A stretch of 32,000 nt of DNA. Origin: Pasteurella multocida. GTDB lineage: Bacteria > Pseudomonadota > Gammaproteobacteria > Enterobacterales > Pasteurellaceae. The notes below the pieces were generated by a model. It ran no database searches. It saw nothing but the letters and a program-made list of their open reading frames with translations, and was not told the origin of the DNA. How positions within the stretch are numbered: position 1 is the stretch's first letter; the number at the start of each line of letters is the position of its first letter. Location: the NCBI RefSeq assembly GCF_900187275.1, contig NZ_LT906458.1, forward strand, positions 360,001 through 392,000, written 5' to 3'. The translations under genes were made by a program, and so were the position numbers. Shown here piece by piece: positions 10,416 through 20,277 of this stretch.

Positions 10416-11783
10416 TTAAATCAGATTACTGATAAAGATAACTAAAATAATTAACGGCACCACATATTTCACATAATTAAACCAAATTGTCGTGAAGGTG
10501 GAGTCTGGGTGTGGCGAGAGTTCTTTCTTCGCATCATCTTTTAACACAAAGCCTACGAATACCGCGCAACCTAAGGCAGTTAGCATAAACAGAATATTGC
10601 CACTGACAAAATCAAAAGTATCGAAAAGGCTTTTACCAAAAATGGTTACGTCTTTTAATAGGTTATCACCTAAAATCGACGGAATATTACCCAGCAAGAA
10701 AATTCCACCTAAGGTGAAAACAATTGCTTTACTACGACGCATTTTGAGTTTCTCTTGTAATGCGGTAATGATCACTTCATAAATGGTTAAAGAGGTGGTT
10801 AAGGCGGCAATCAATAACAAACTAAAGAAAATGATTGCAAAAATTTTGCCTAACCATAAGTGAGAAAATACGATCGGTAAACTTTGGAAGACTAAAGTGG
10901 GACCTGAATTCGGTGCAATCCCAAAAGTAAATAACGATGGGAAAATCATGAAACCCGCTAAAACTGCGATAATGGTATTAGTAAAGCCTGTAATCACAGC
11001 AGTTTGAATTAAGTTTTCTTCTTTATTTAAATAACTGGATAAGGTGATTAATACACCAAATCCTAAACTCAGCGCAAAGAACACTTGTCCTAATACAAAC
11101 ACAAAGAGCTGTGGCGTGATTTTGGTAAAATCCGGTTTAAGATAGAAACTAATGCCTTCCATTGCACCAGGCAAAGTAACATTACGGATCACCATGCCAA
11201 TTAAGAATAGAAACAGTAACGGCATTAAGTATTTGACTGCGCGCTCAATCCCACCAATGATGCCTTTTGCTAAAATAAAATAGTTTAATGCCACAAAAAG
11301 TAGGGTATATAAGCTAATTTCTAATGGACTGTTGCTGATATGCAGATCATAGAAGTTTTTCGTGACTTCTTTAGTAATCGGGCTTGAGATATCCAATGAG
11401 CCAGTCACTAAATGGATAATATAAGTAATTACCCAACCACCTAGCACCATGTAGTAAGCCATGATACCAAATGCACCGAGTAAGCCCATGTAGCCGACAA
11501 TTTTCCAATATTTTGAAATATTGCGTTTTTCTAATTTATCTCCGAAAGCATCGATTGCATTGACGCGTAAACGGCGACCGATCACATTTTCCACCAGAAT
11601 CATTGGAATTCCAATTAAGATCATAGCGATGCAAAATAAAAACACATAAGCACCGCCGCCATTTTCCCCGACTAAATAAGGAAAGCGCCAAGTTGCGCCA
11701 AAACCAACGGTTGCCCCTGCAACAGTCATAATATAAGTCAGTCGACTTGACCAAGTTTGTCTTTCTTGTTTTGTTGTTGTCAT
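10416..11783 (-). CDS. Sodium-dependent transporter, neurotransmitter:sodium symporter (NSS/SNF) family
   Basis: 455 aa. AGATVGFGATWRFPYLVGENGGGAY is the NSS TM1 signature; multiple TM segments. Substrate cannot be assigned. Confidence 0.92.
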   Translation of the reverse strand: MTTTKQERQTWSSRLTYIMTVAGATVGFGATWRFPYLVGENGGGAYVFLFCIAMILIGIPMILVENVIGRRLRVNAIDAFGDKLEKRNISKYWKIVGYMGLLGAFGIMAYYMVLGGWVITYIIHLVTGSLDISSPITKEVTKNFYDLHISNSPLEISLYTLLFVALNYFILAKGIIGGIERAVKYLMPLLFLFLIGMVIRNVTLPGAMEGISFYLKPDFTKITPQLFVFVLGQVFFALSLGFGVLITLSSYLNKEENLIQTAVITGFTNTIIAVLAGFMIFPSLFTFGIAPNSGPTLVFQSLPIVFSHLWLGKIFAIIFFSLLLIAALTTSLTIYEVIITALQEKLKMRRSKAIVFTLGGIFLLGNIPSILGDNLLKDVTIFGKSLFDTFDFVSGNILFMLTALGCAVFVGFVLKDDAKKELSPHPDSTFTTIWFNYVKYVVPLIILVIFISNLI

Positions 11784-11807
11784 AAAATTACATCCAATAT
11801 TTTTTAA

Positions 11808-12440
11808 TTATTCTGTTTTTTCTTTAAACTCACAAAGGTCTTCAATGAGACAAGAGCCACAACGGGGCTTGCGAGCAATACAAGTATAACGTCCATGTAA
11901 AATCAACCAATGGTGCACATCGACTTTAAATTCATCAGGTACAACTTTGAGTAATTTTTCTTCCACTTTGACTACATCTTTTCCCGGCGCAAAGCCAGTA
12001 CGATTAGAAACGCGGAAAATATGGGTATCCACCGCGATAGTTGGGTGACCAAATGCGGTATTTAACACCACATTGGCAGTTTTCCGCCCCACACCAGCTA
12101 ATGCTTCAAGTGCAGAACGGTTTTCAGGAATCTCACCATTGTGCTTTTCGATCAAATCTCGGCACGTTTTGATGATATTTTCGGCTTTACTGTTATAAAG
12201 CCCAATGGTTTTGATGTATTCCTTTAGTCCATCTAACCCCAAATCTAAAATGGCTTGTGGGGTATTGGCGACAGGAAACAATTTTTCTGTGGCTTTATTC
12301 ACGCCTTTATCGGTGGCTTGTGCAGACAAGATCACCGCAATTAACAACTCGAAAGGCGAACTGTAATTGAGTTCGGTGGTTGGATGCGGATTGTGATCAC
12401 GTAGGCGTGTTAAAATTTCAATTCGTTTTTGTTTATTCAT
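11808..12440 (-). CDS. nth: Endonuclease III
   Basis: HhH region [18 protein letters not shown] and [24 protein letters not shown] (4Fe-4S cluster loop). Confidence 0.98.
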   Translation of the reverse strand: MNKQKRIEILTRLRDHNPHPTTELNYSSPFELLIAVILSAQATDKGVNKATEKLFPVANTPQAILDLGLDGLKEYIKTIGLYNSKAENIIKTCRDLIEKHNGEIPENRSALEALAGVGRKTANVVLNTAFGHPTIAVDTHIFRVSNRTGFAPGKDVVKVEEKLLKVVPDEFKVDVHHWLILHGRYTCIARKPRCGSCLIEDLCEFKEKTE

Positions 12441-13165
12441 GCTTTGTTACGCTGATCAATGACATTTTTAATGGCTAAAATGAGCCCTAAACCAATAAAG
12501 GCGCCCGGTGGTAAAATCGCCAACAAGAAATGGCTATCGAGATGAAATAATTCAATACGCAATCCTTTTGCCCAATCACCAAGTAAATGCTCAATGCCGT
12601 CAAACAAGGTGCCATTACCGAGAATTTCGCGGATTGCCCCTAAAAAGACTAAGCTTAAACACATGCCTAACCCCATGGCAAAGCCATCAAACATCGCATG
12701 GGAAAGCGGATTTTTTGAAGCAAAGGCTTCAGCACGCCCAATCACAATACAGTTAGTGACGATCAGTGGAATAAAAATACCTAAGGATTGATAGAGTGAA
12801 TAAGTATAGGCATTCATCAGTAATTGCACCACCGTGACGGTCGTGGCAATAATCATCACATAAATTGGAATACGGATTTCGTGCGGAATTTGTTTGCGGA
12901 ATAAAGAGACCACTGTGTTACTACAAATCAGCACGAATAGCGTTGCAATGCCTAACCCCAAGGCATTTGTGACACTGTTGGATACAGCTAATAATGGACA
13001 TAAGCCCAAGAGTTGCACAAGGGTTGAATTATTTTTCCATACTCCTTGCCAGAAAAGTGTTTTCCAGACCGACGGAGTGGATGTATTCGCTAATGTAGAT
13101 TGCTGGTCCATGACATCGTCTTTAGCGTCAGAAAGTGCGGTCTGTTTTGCGAAAGTGTCGTTCAT
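12437..13165 (-). CDS. rsxE: Electron transport complex subunit RsxE/RnfE
   Basis: [30 protein letters not shown] and downstream RnfE-like TM segments. Position in rsxABCDGE. The N-terminus has a ~30 aa extension relative to the E. coli form. Confidence 0.96.
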   Translation of the reverse strand: MNDTFAKQTALSDAKDDVMDQQSTLANTSTPSVWKTLFWQGVWKNNSTLVQLLGLCPLLAVSNSVTNALGLGIATLFVLICSNTVVSLFRKQIPHEIRIPIYVMIIATTVTVVQLLMNAYTYSLYQSLGIFIPLIVTNCIVIGRAEAFASKNPLSHAMFDGFAMGLGMCLSLVFLGAIREILGNGTLFDGIEHLLGDWAKGLRIELFHLDSHFLLAILPPGAFIGLGLILAIKNVIDQRNKA

Positions 13166-13167
13166 GA

Positions 13168-13776
13168 TTAATTCTCTCGATTGAGTTCATCTAACAGGCT
13201 TAATGCCGATTGTTTTACTTGATTCACTACAGCGCGTGGCGTGATAGTGGCGCCCGCAAACTGGTCAAATTTGCCACCATCTTTTTTCACTGCCCAATCC
13301 GCTAAGTTATCTGAACGTAGTTGTTGTTGGCTAAAAGATAAAATCCAATCGGAAATTCGCGTTTCAATTTTATCCCCCAATCCTGGTGTTTCTTGATGTT
13401 CAAGCACCCGTACTCCTAAGATCGTGCCTGTCGGTGTTATGCCTACTAGCAAGCGAATGCGACCAGCGTAGCCGTCAGGTGCCACCGTTTCAAAGGCATA
13501 AGCCGTTTTTTGATTATTCTTAGTGGCAATACAAAGGCGATCAATACGCTGAGCACGTAATTTTTCACTGTTTGGACGCTGGCAGTTTTCACTCAGTGGA
13601 TTATCAAAATAGGCTTGTGGTACCACCTCCAGTAGCAGTGCTTGCCGCTGTTTATTGATTTCATCCTCAATTTTGCTTTTGGTTAATAGATAAATGCCCG
13701 TTGAAAGTGCGGTACAAATCAACGCAATCAGGGCAAGTAAAATCGCATAATAAGCAGAAATTTTAACGGTTTTCAT
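13168..13776 (-). CDS. rsxG: Electron transport complex subunit RsxG/RnfG (FMN-binding)
   Basis: FMN-binding domain with [11 protein letters not shown] and [12 protein letters not shown] (covalent FMN motif). Operon context. Confidence 0.95.
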   Translation of the reverse strand: MKTVKISAYYAILLALIALICTALSTGIYLLTKSKIEDEINKQRQALLLEVVPQAYFDNPLSENCQRPNSEKLRAQRIDRLCIATKNNQKTAYAFETVAPDGYAGRIRLLVGITPTGTILGVRVLEHQETPGLGDKIETRISDWILSFSQQQLRSDNLADWAVKKDGGKFDQFAGATITPRAVVNQVKQSALSLLDELNREN

Positions 13777-13785
13777 GCTTGCTCC

Positions 13786-14835
13786 TTATTGACGATGACC
13801 GCTGACACGTGGTCGGGTATAGTGATCAATGAGTGGTACACAGATATTGCCTAATAGCACCGCAAAGGCAACCCCGTCCGGATAATTGCCGTAGAAACGA
13901 ATGATATACACCAAAAAGCCAACCAGTGCCCCGAATACGAGTTTACCTCGTGGGGTAATCGAGGCAGTGACCGGATCGGTAGCTATAAAGAACGCACCAA
14001 ACATCATGGCACCACTGAATAAATGCGGTAAAGTTTTCAGATAAGGGATACTTGCCACGAGTTCCGTGATTGCCGCCAAAAGTGTAAAACTGACTAGCAT
14101 GGCGACGGGGATTTGCCAGTGAATGATCCGTTTCCAAATTAAAAATAGCCCACCTAATAAAAATGCCAAATTAACTTGCCACCAGCCAATCGCAAATCCC
14201 GCCTCAAAAATTGGTGATTGAAGCAATGTGTGATAGTTAACACCCTCTTTTAAGATCACTTTGGCACTATCAAGTGGCGTTGCTTGTGTTATCGCATCTA
14301 CGGACTGCGTAAATTGATGTAGGCTAAAGCCATCTGTGCTAAATCCTGTAAAAATTAACGAATAAGCATCCAGTAAAGTAGGGGGTTCATTAAGCAATTG
14401 GATTGGAGGTAACCAAGTGGTCATTTGTAATGGGAACGATATTAGTAACACCACATAACCAACCATCGCTGGATTGAATAAGTTTTGCCCTAAGCCACCA
14501 TAAACATGTTTACCTAAGATCACCGCGCAAAATGTCCCAATCAGAATCAACCAATAGGGGGCGTAAGGGGGAATGGCCATAGCAAGAATCAGCGCAGTTA
14601 AAATCACACTGAAATCTGACAGATAGAACAGCGTCGGTTTTTGGCGTAATACGGTGACAATTCCCTCCAAACATAAGGCGAAGCTGATGGCTAATGCCAC
14701 TTGAATTAAGACACCAAAGCCAAAATAGTAGAGTTGCACACCCATTGCCGGTAGCATTGCTAAAATGACCCACAACATAATACGCATTGTGAGTTTACCG
14801 GAATGAGTATGAGGGGAACTGACCATTTTAAACAT
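13786..14835 (-). CDS. rsxD: Electron transport complex subunit RsxD/RnfD
   Basis: [23 protein letters not shown] and [24 protein letters not shown]. Alternative in-frame starts exist at MVSSPHTHS and MRIML. Confidence 0.95.
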   Translation of the reverse strand: MFKMVSSPHTHSGKLTMRIMLWVILAMLPAMGVQLYYFGFGVLIQVALAISFALCLEGIVTVLRQKPTLFYLSDFSVILTALILAMAIPPYAPYWLILIGTFCAVILGKHVYGGLGQNLFNPAMVGYVVLLISFPLQMTTWLPPIQLLNEPPTLLDAYSLIFTGFSTDGFSLHQFTQSVDAITQATPLDSAKVILKEGVNYHTLLQSPIFEAGFAIGWWQVNLAFLLGGLFLIWKRIIHWQIPVAMLVSFTLLAAITELVASIPYLKTLPHLFSGAMMFGAFFIATDPVTASITPRGKLVFGALVGFLVYIIRFYGNYPDGVAFAVLLGNICVPLIDHYTRPRVSGHRQ

Positions 14836-14849
14836 GTAATTTCTCGTCC

Positions 14850-17213
14850 TTATGCGTCATGATTATTGGCTTTAGCGGCTTTCTTAGCTTTAGCGCGCGC
14901 AATGGCGGTAGCAATCGCCACTTTGCGTGGATCTTCTGCTACCGGTTCGGCTTCATTTTCTACACTAAGCGTATCACTTGATGAAATTTTGTCTTTTTCT
15001 AGCGCACTTCCTTGTTGTGCCGCTTTCTTAGCTTTGGCACGGGCAATGGCGGCGGCAATCGCCACTTTGCGTGGGTCTTCAGCTACCAATTCGGCTTCAT
15101 TTCCTACACTAAGCGTATCACTTGATGAAATTTCGTCTTTTTCTAGCGCACTGCCTTGCTGTGTTGCTTTTTTAGCTTTAGCGCGCGCAATGGCGGCGGC
15201 AATCGCCGCTTTGCGTGGATCTTCTGCTACCGGTTCTGTGTCATTTCCTACACTAAGCGTATCACTTGATGAAATTTCGTCTTGTTCTAGCGCACTTCCT
15301 TGCTGTGCCGCTTTCTTGGCTTTCGCGCGCGCAATGGCGGCGGCAATCGCCGCTTTACGCGGATCATCCGCTACCAGTTCTGTGTCATTTCCTACACTAA
15401 GCGTATTACTTGATGAAATTTCGTCTTGTTCTAGCGCACTGCCTTGCTGTGCCGCTTTCTTGGCTTTAGCGCGCGCAATGGCAGCGGCAACAGCCGATTT
15501 GCTGTCAGTTGATTTATTTTCTTCGTTTGTTTCAATCTGCGAAGCGTCGGTGTTTTGTGTTTGCTGTTGGCGTGCTAAGCGACGTGCTTTACGTTGCGCC
15601 ATAATATCGCTGTTATCAGGTAAGATGTCGCCTTTTTCTGTCACAATTGTTTTGATTTCCACCTTCGCACTGCTGTCATTATCAGCTTTTTTCGCTTTTA
15701 AACGTTCAAGCGCGGCTTGAACAGGGTCTATTCCTTGCGCCGTTTTCATTTCTTGACGGCGCGCTTCCATGGCTTTTTGTGCTCGTGCTTTACGTTCTTG
15801 TTCTTCACGTGCTAAACGTGCTTGGCGTGCTTCAAAACGCTGTTTGGCCTCTTCTGCTTGTTTGGCTTTTTGTTGAATTTCCCAAATTTTGGCTTTTTCT
15901 TGGCGGAAGTACTGGATTAACGGAATATGACTTGGGCAGACATAAGCGCATAAGCCACATTCAATGCAGTCTTTCAGGGCATATTCTTCGGATTTCTCAT
16001 GATCTTCACTACGTGCGAACCAGTACAGTTGTTGTGGCATCAAGCTTACCGGGCAGGCATCAGAGCAAGCAGAACAACGGATACAAGATTGTTCTGGGGC
16101 AGGTGGGGCATATTCAAAATGATCTGGGGCTAATAAACAGTTGGTCATTTTGGTGACGGGAGCCTGCAAATCTGGCAAGATAAAGCCCATCATCGGTCCT
16201 CCCATAAACACAGGAAAACGATCGTCATAATGATAGTCCACTTGCTGTAAGAGCTGATAGATTGGAGTGCCTAAGCGTACCCAATAATTGCCTTTATGAC
16301 GTACTTTGTCTCCCGTTAATGTGACAACACGTTCAATCAGTGGCTCATCATCCATAATTGCTCGTTTAACAGCAAAGGCCGTAGCAACATTTTGCATCAA
16401 TACACCAATACTGGAAGAGCGTTGACCGCTGGGGACTTCCATGCCGGTGAGGATTTGAATTAATTGCTTAGCGGCACCAGAAGGATATTTAGTAGGAATG
16501 ACACGGATCTCGATGTCATTCGCGCCTTGTAAAACTTGACGTAAAGCTGCAACGGCTTCTGGTTTATTGTCCTCGACCGCGATCACGACTTTTTCAGGGC
16601 GTAAAATATAGCGTAAAATGCGAGTACCTTCGATGATTTCATCCGCGTAGTCGCGCATTAAACGATCATCACAGGTAATATAAGGTTCACATTCAGCCCC
16701 ATTAATAATTAATAATTTGACTTGTTTTTCAGCAGAATGCAGTTTAGCTGCGGTTGGGAAAACAGCACCACCTAACCCAGCGACACCCGCTTGATAGAGT
16801 TTTTCAATCAGCTTTTCAGGCGTTTGGGTGAGGAAATCGTCAAGGGGGTGTTGTTCACGCCATTGATCTTTACCATCCGCTTCAAGATGCAAACAAAGTG
16901 TCGCCAAGCCGGAAGGGTGCGCACTAGCATAAGGTGCAATGGCTCGAATAAAACCCGACGTAGAGGCATGGACAGGTAACACACGTAAGCCATCGCCTTG
17001 TGTTAACGGCTGACCTTTGAATACATAATCGCCGACTTTAACTAAAATATTTCCAGCCTCACCAGCATGTTGCACAACGGGAATATAAAAATGCTCAACT
17101 AATTTTGCGTGACGAATCGGTTTTTGGTTTGACTGCGATTTCCGTTCAGGCGGATGGACACCACCTTTAAAATCCCACAATTTACCTGAATTAAAACGTG
17201 TTAAAACATCCAT
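14850..17213 (-). CDS. rsxC: Electron transport complex subunit RsxC/RnfC, with Ala/Lys-rich repeated C-terminus
   Basis: GGVHPPERK start, [11 protein letters not shown], two CxxCxxCxxxC ferredoxin motifs ([24 protein letters not shown]), then repeated [11 protein letters not shown] modules. Confidence 0.97.
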   Translation of the reverse strand: MDVLTRFNSGKLWDFKGGVHPPERKSQSNQKPIRHAKLVEHFYIPVVQHAGEAGNILVKVGDYVFKGQPLTQGDGLRVLPVHASTSGFIRAIAPYASAHPSGLATLCLHLEADGKDQWREQHPLDDFLTQTPEKLIEKLYQAGVAGLGGAVFPTAAKLHSAEKQVKLLIINGAECEPYITCDDRLMRDYADEIIEGTRILRYILRPEKVVIAVEDNKPEAVAALRQVLQGANDIEIRVIPTKYPSGAAKQLIQILTGMEVPSGQRSSSIGVLMQNVATAFAVKRAIMDDEPLIERVVTLTGDKVRHKGNYWVRLGTPIYQLLQQVDYHYDDRFPVFMGGPMMGFILPDLQAPVTKMTNCLLAPDHFEYAPPAPEQSCIRCSACSDACPVSLMPQQLYWFARSEDHEKSEEYALKDCIECGLCAYVCPSHIPLIQYFRQEKAKIWEIQQKAKQAEEAKQRFEARQARLAREEQERKARAQKAMEARRQEMKTAQGIDPVQAALERLKAKKADNDSSAKVEIKTIVTEKGDILPDNSDIMAQRKARRLARQQQTQNTDASQIETNEENKSTDSKSAVAAAIARAKAKKAAQQGSALEQDEISSSNTLSVGNDTELVADDPRKAAIAAAIARAKAKKAAQQGSALEQDEISSSDTLSVGNDTEPVAEDPRKAAIAAAIARAKAKKATQQGSALEKDEISSSDTLSVGNEAELVAEDPRKVAIAAAIARAKAKKAAQQGSALEKDKISSSDTLSVENEAEPVAEDPRKVAIATAIARAKAKKAAKANNHDA
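14901..15484. repeat. 144-bp in-frame tandem repeats in the 3' part of rsxC (four full periods plus a partial fifth copy)
   Basis: The anchor AATGGC recurs at 14901, 15045, 15189, 15333 and 15477, exactly 144 bp apart. Protein unit is 48 aa: [48 protein letters not shown]. Confidence 0.95.
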
Positions 17214-17217
17214 TCTT

Positions 17218-17814
17218 TTATTCCCCTTTGATCAATTTTTTCTGTGTTGTTGTGGTATCAACAATGGGAATAACCAGTTTAGGATCGAATTTCCAATTCC
17301 AGTTATGAATTGTACTTTCTACCTTAATCATGGAAATACAATCTGTTGGACAAGGTGGTACACAAAGTTCACAGCCCGTACAAAGATCAGGAATAATGGT
17401 ATGCATGGCTTTATTTGTGCCAATAATGGCATCGACAGGACAGGCTTGAATGCATTTTGTGCAACCTATACACATGTCTTCATCAATAAAGGCAACCATA
17501 GGTGCTGGATCACCCTCAATATCCGTTGTGGGTGGCTCAACTCCCATTAATTCGGCAATATTGACGATTACGGTTTGCCCCCCGGGAATACACTTAGTGA
17601 TATCATCACCATTAGCAATGGCTTCAGCATAGGGTTTACAACCGGGATAACCACATTGACCACATTGGCTTTGTGGTAATAAAGCATCGATTTTTTCCAC
17701 AATTGGATCGGCTTCTACTTTCAGTTTAACGGAAGCAAAGCCTAAGATTGCACCAAATATCAACGCTAATACAGCGATAGCGACGAGGATAAAATAGACT
17801 GTTGTCATTATCAT
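17218..17814 (-). CDS. rsxB: Electron transport complex subunit RsxB/RnfB (ferredoxin)
   Basis: [47 protein letters not shown]. Confidence 0.97.
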   Translation of the reverse strand: MIMTTVYFILVAIAVLALIFGAILGFASVKLKVEADPIVEKIDALLPQSQCGQCGYPGCKPYAEAIANGDDITKCIPGGQTVIVNIAELMGVEPPTTDIEGDPAPMVAFIDEDMCIGCTKCIQACPVDAIIGTNKAMHTIIPDLCTGCELCVPPCPTDCISMIKVESTIHNWNWKFDPKLVIPIVDTTTTQKKLIKGE

Positions 17815-18389
17815 CTCACCAATCCTGTAAAGCCCATAAAGGCAAGTGACATTAACCCTGCTGTGATTAAAGCAATCGAGGCACCTTTAAAAACATGAGG
17901 CACGTCTGCCGCGGCTAAGCGTTCACGTAAGGCAGCAAAGAGAACAAGCACTAAGCCAAAACCTAATGATGCACCAAAACCATAAATCACTGATTGGGTC
18001 AGGGTGTGTGCTTGATTAATATTTAACAGTGCGACGCCAAGTACAGCACAATTTGTCGTAATGAGTGGGAGAAAAATCCCCAATAAACGATACAGTGTAG
18101 GACTGGTTTTATTGATGACCATTTCAGTAAATTGTACCACCACAGCAATTACTAAAATAAAGACGAGAGTACGTAAAAAAGTCGCGCTTAAGGGAGTAAG
18201 AATATAGGTATCAATTAAATAAGCAGAGATTGAAGCAACAGTAAGGACAAACATGGTCGCTAAACTCATGCCAATTGCGGTTTCAATTTTTTTAGAAACG
18301 CCCATAAAAGGACAAAGCCCTAGAAATTTCACCAGGACAAAGTTATTAATTAAGGCTGTACTAATAATAAGGAGAATGTATTCTGTCAT
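17811..18389 (-). CDS. rsxA: Electron transport complex subunit RsxA/RnfA
   Basis: [39 protein letters not shown]. Overlaps rsxB by 4 nt. Confidence 0.97.
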   Translation of the reverse strand: MTEYILLIISTALINNFVLVKFLGLCPFMGVSKKIETAIGMSLATMFVLTVASISAYLIDTYILTPLSATFLRTLVFILVIAVVVQFTEMVINKTSPTLYRLLGIFLPLITTNCAVLGVALLNINQAHTLTQSVIYGFGASLGFGLVLVLFAALRERLAAADVPHVFKGASIALITAGLMSLAFMGFTGLVR

Positions 18390-18545
18390 AAGTATGATGT
18401 TCTCGGGCGACGATTAAAGGATGCCCTGAAGTTAAGTGGCATATTATCGCTATTTATTGTTTCAAGAACAATAGAAAATTTGGGGTAGGCGCAGGAACAG
18501 AAAGCGTATACAACAAAAAGTGCCACACTACACTGATAAAATACG

Positions 18546-18585
18546 AAAGCACCGCATGGAATAGAGGTGCTTTTCCATGCTTTTT
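18546..18585. terminator. Overlapping terminator-like hairpins in the rsxA/ompH gap
   Basis: Stem 1: AAAGCACC (18546-18553) with GGTGCTTT (18566-18573). Stem 2: GCATGGAA (18554-18561) with TTCCATGC (18573-18580), followed by TTTTT. Confidence 0.65.
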
Positions 18586-18672
18586 CATAAGGAGAATTGA
18601 ACGATTTTATGCACGATTAGACCGTGATTTTGTTTAAAAAAGCGTCCATCTAGTAAGAGAGATTTAAAATAA

Positions 18673-18688
18673 TGTGATCTTGATCACA
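18673..18688. promoter_or_regulatory. Candidate CRP binding site
   Basis: TGTGATCTTGATCACA is a perfect TGTGA-N6-TCACA palindrome. Confidence 0.7.
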
Positions 18689-18932
18689 AAATATAAATAA
18701 AATTTGAGTGAAGTGAGAAATAGAGGCATTTGCCCGATGTTTTTATCTTTGATTTATACTATTTTTATTTCTAAATCAATGTGTTATGTTTTAAAAGAAA
18801 AGTTCTAAAGAAAATAAAATTTTTAATAAATGTGATCCTTTTAACACTTTTTTAACCCTGAAAAAACCGCTGATTTTTTGTAACATGTTGTTTTTAAAGG
18901 ATAAGGTAAAAAAAAGACAAACTTATTTTGTT

Positions 18933-18961
18933 TTGACAAGAAAACGGAGCTTTGCTATCTT
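18933..18961 (+). promoter_or_regulatory. Candidate sigma70 promoter for the first porin gene
   Basis: TTGACA (18933-18938), 17-nt spacer, TATCTT (18956-18961). Confidence 0.7.
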
Positions 18962-19078
18962 GCATTTGCAAAAATGTGCAGACGACTTATCGTCTGTTAG
19001 TCGATTTTAGGTTGATTGAGTGATTGGCAACAATCATTTAATCGAATTATAAAACTCCAAAAACAAGGTAGTGATACT

Positions 19079-20125
19079 ATGAAAAAGACAATCGTAGCAT
19101 TAGCAGTCGCAGCAGTAGCAGCAACTTCAGCAAACGCAGCAACAGTTTACAATCAAGACGGTACAAAAGTTGATGTAAACGGTTCTGTACGTTTACTTCT
19201 TAAAAAAGAAAAAGATATGCGTGGTGATTTAATTGATAACGGTTCACGCGTTTCTTTCAAAGCATCTCATGACTTAGGTGAAGGCTTAAGCGTATTAGGT
19301 TATGCAGAACTTCGTTTTAGTAAAGATGTGAAAGATAAAGAGGGTAAAGTTAACCAACCAATCGGTAACGAAGTTCATGCTAAACGTCTTTATGCGGGTT
19401 TTGCGTATGAAGGTTTAGGTACATTAACTTTTGGTAACCAATTAACAATTGGTGATGATGTTGGTGTGTCTGATTACACTTATTTTAACAGTGGTATCAA
19501 TGGCGTACTTATTACTAGTGGTCAAAAAGCAATTAACTTCAAATCAGCAGAGTTCAACGGTTTCACATTTGGTGGTGCGTATGTGTTCTCAGGCGATGCA
19601 AACAAAGATGCATTACGTGATGGTCGCGGTTTCGTAGTAGCAGGTTTATACAACAGACAAATCGGTGATGTTGGTTTTGCATTCGAAGCAGGCTATAGCC
19701 AAAAATATGTAAAACAGAAAGTTGAACAACCTCAGCCTTTACCTCCTGGTCAAGTAGAGCGTTTCAAAGATGAAAAAGAAAAAGCTTTCTTGGTCGGTGC
19801 AGAATTATCGTACGCTGGTTTAGCGCTTGGTGTTGACTACGCACAATCTAAAGTGACTAACGTAGATGGTAAAAAACGTGCACTTGAAGTGGGTTTAAAC
19901 TATGACCTTAATGATAAAGCGAAAGTTTATACAGACTTCATCTGGGAAAAAGAAGGTCCTAAAGGTGATGTTGAAAGAACTCGCACTGTAGCTGTAGGTT
20001 TTGGTTACAAACTTCACAAACAAGTTGAAACCTTTGTTGAAGGTGCTTGGGGAAGAACAAAAGATGCAGATGGTAAAACAACAAAAGATAATGTAGTTGG
20101 TACAGGTTTACGCGTACACTTCTAA
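19079..20125 (+). CDS. ompH: OmpH-type porin (first copy)
   Basis: Signal peptide MKKTIVALAVAAVAATSANA, mature ATVYNQDGTKVDVNGSVRLLLKKE, C-terminal GTGLRVHF. The true start is the ATG at 19079, not the ORF-track start at 19016. Confidence 0.95.
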   Translation: MKKTIVALAVAAVAATSANAATVYNQDGTKVDVNGSVRLLLKKEKDMRGDLIDNGSRVSFKASHDLGEGLSVLGYAELRFSKDVKDKEGKVNQPIGNEVHAKRLYAGFAYEGLGTLTFGNQLTIGDDVGVSDYTYFNSGINGVLITSGQKAINFKSAEFNGFTFGGAYVFSGDANKDALRDGRGFVVAGLYNRQIGDVGFAFEAGYSQKYVKQKVEQPQPLPPGQVERFKDEKEKAFLVGAELSYAGLALGVDYAQSKVTNVDGKKRALEVGLNYDLNDKAKVYTDFIWEKEGPKGDVERTRTVAVGFGYKLHKQVETFVEGAWGRTKDADGKTTKDNVVGTGLRVHF

Positions 20126-20141
20126 TTTTTGTTAGAATCTA

Positions 20142-20170
20142 AAAAAGCCAGTGTTTAGCACTGGCTTTTT
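20142..20170 (+). terminator. Terminator after the first porin gene
   Basis: AAAAAGCCAGTG-tttag-CACTGGCTTTTT. Confidence 0.92.
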
Positions 20171-20277
20171 ATTGGGTTTTATTTGTTTTACTTACAATAA
20201 ATTAGGATTTTGAAAGTCGTTATGCGGTCATCTTTCTCAAAATAATACATATCAATATGTTGCAAGGAATGGATCTT

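Noticed and set aside
14901-15484. CRISPR-like periodic array
   Set aside because: The 144-bp units are contiguous coding repeats with no short repeat/unique spacer structure, and no cas genes are nearby.
14866-15720. 284-aa + strand ORF ([22 protein letters not shown]...) antisense to rsxC
   Set aside because: It is a shadow of the 144-bp in-frame repeats. The stop-free GC-rich repeats with a period divisible by 3 keep the opposite frame open. It has no RBS or family features, and its repetition mirrors the RsxC tail exactly.
19016-19078. N-terminal extension of the porin ORF (MSDWQQSFNRIIKLQKQGSDT)
   Set aside because: It precedes a textbook signal peptide at 19079, so the extension is 5' leader rather than protein.
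18390-19078. Possible unannotated protein-coding gene or tRNA in the long rsxA-porin gap
   Set aside because: No credible ORF is listed in the track and I see no tRNA cloverleaf. Regulatory or small-RNA function fits the sequence better.
19449-19637. Small ORF inside the first porin gene
   Set aside because: Out-of-frame product of porin coding sequence with no start context or homology features.
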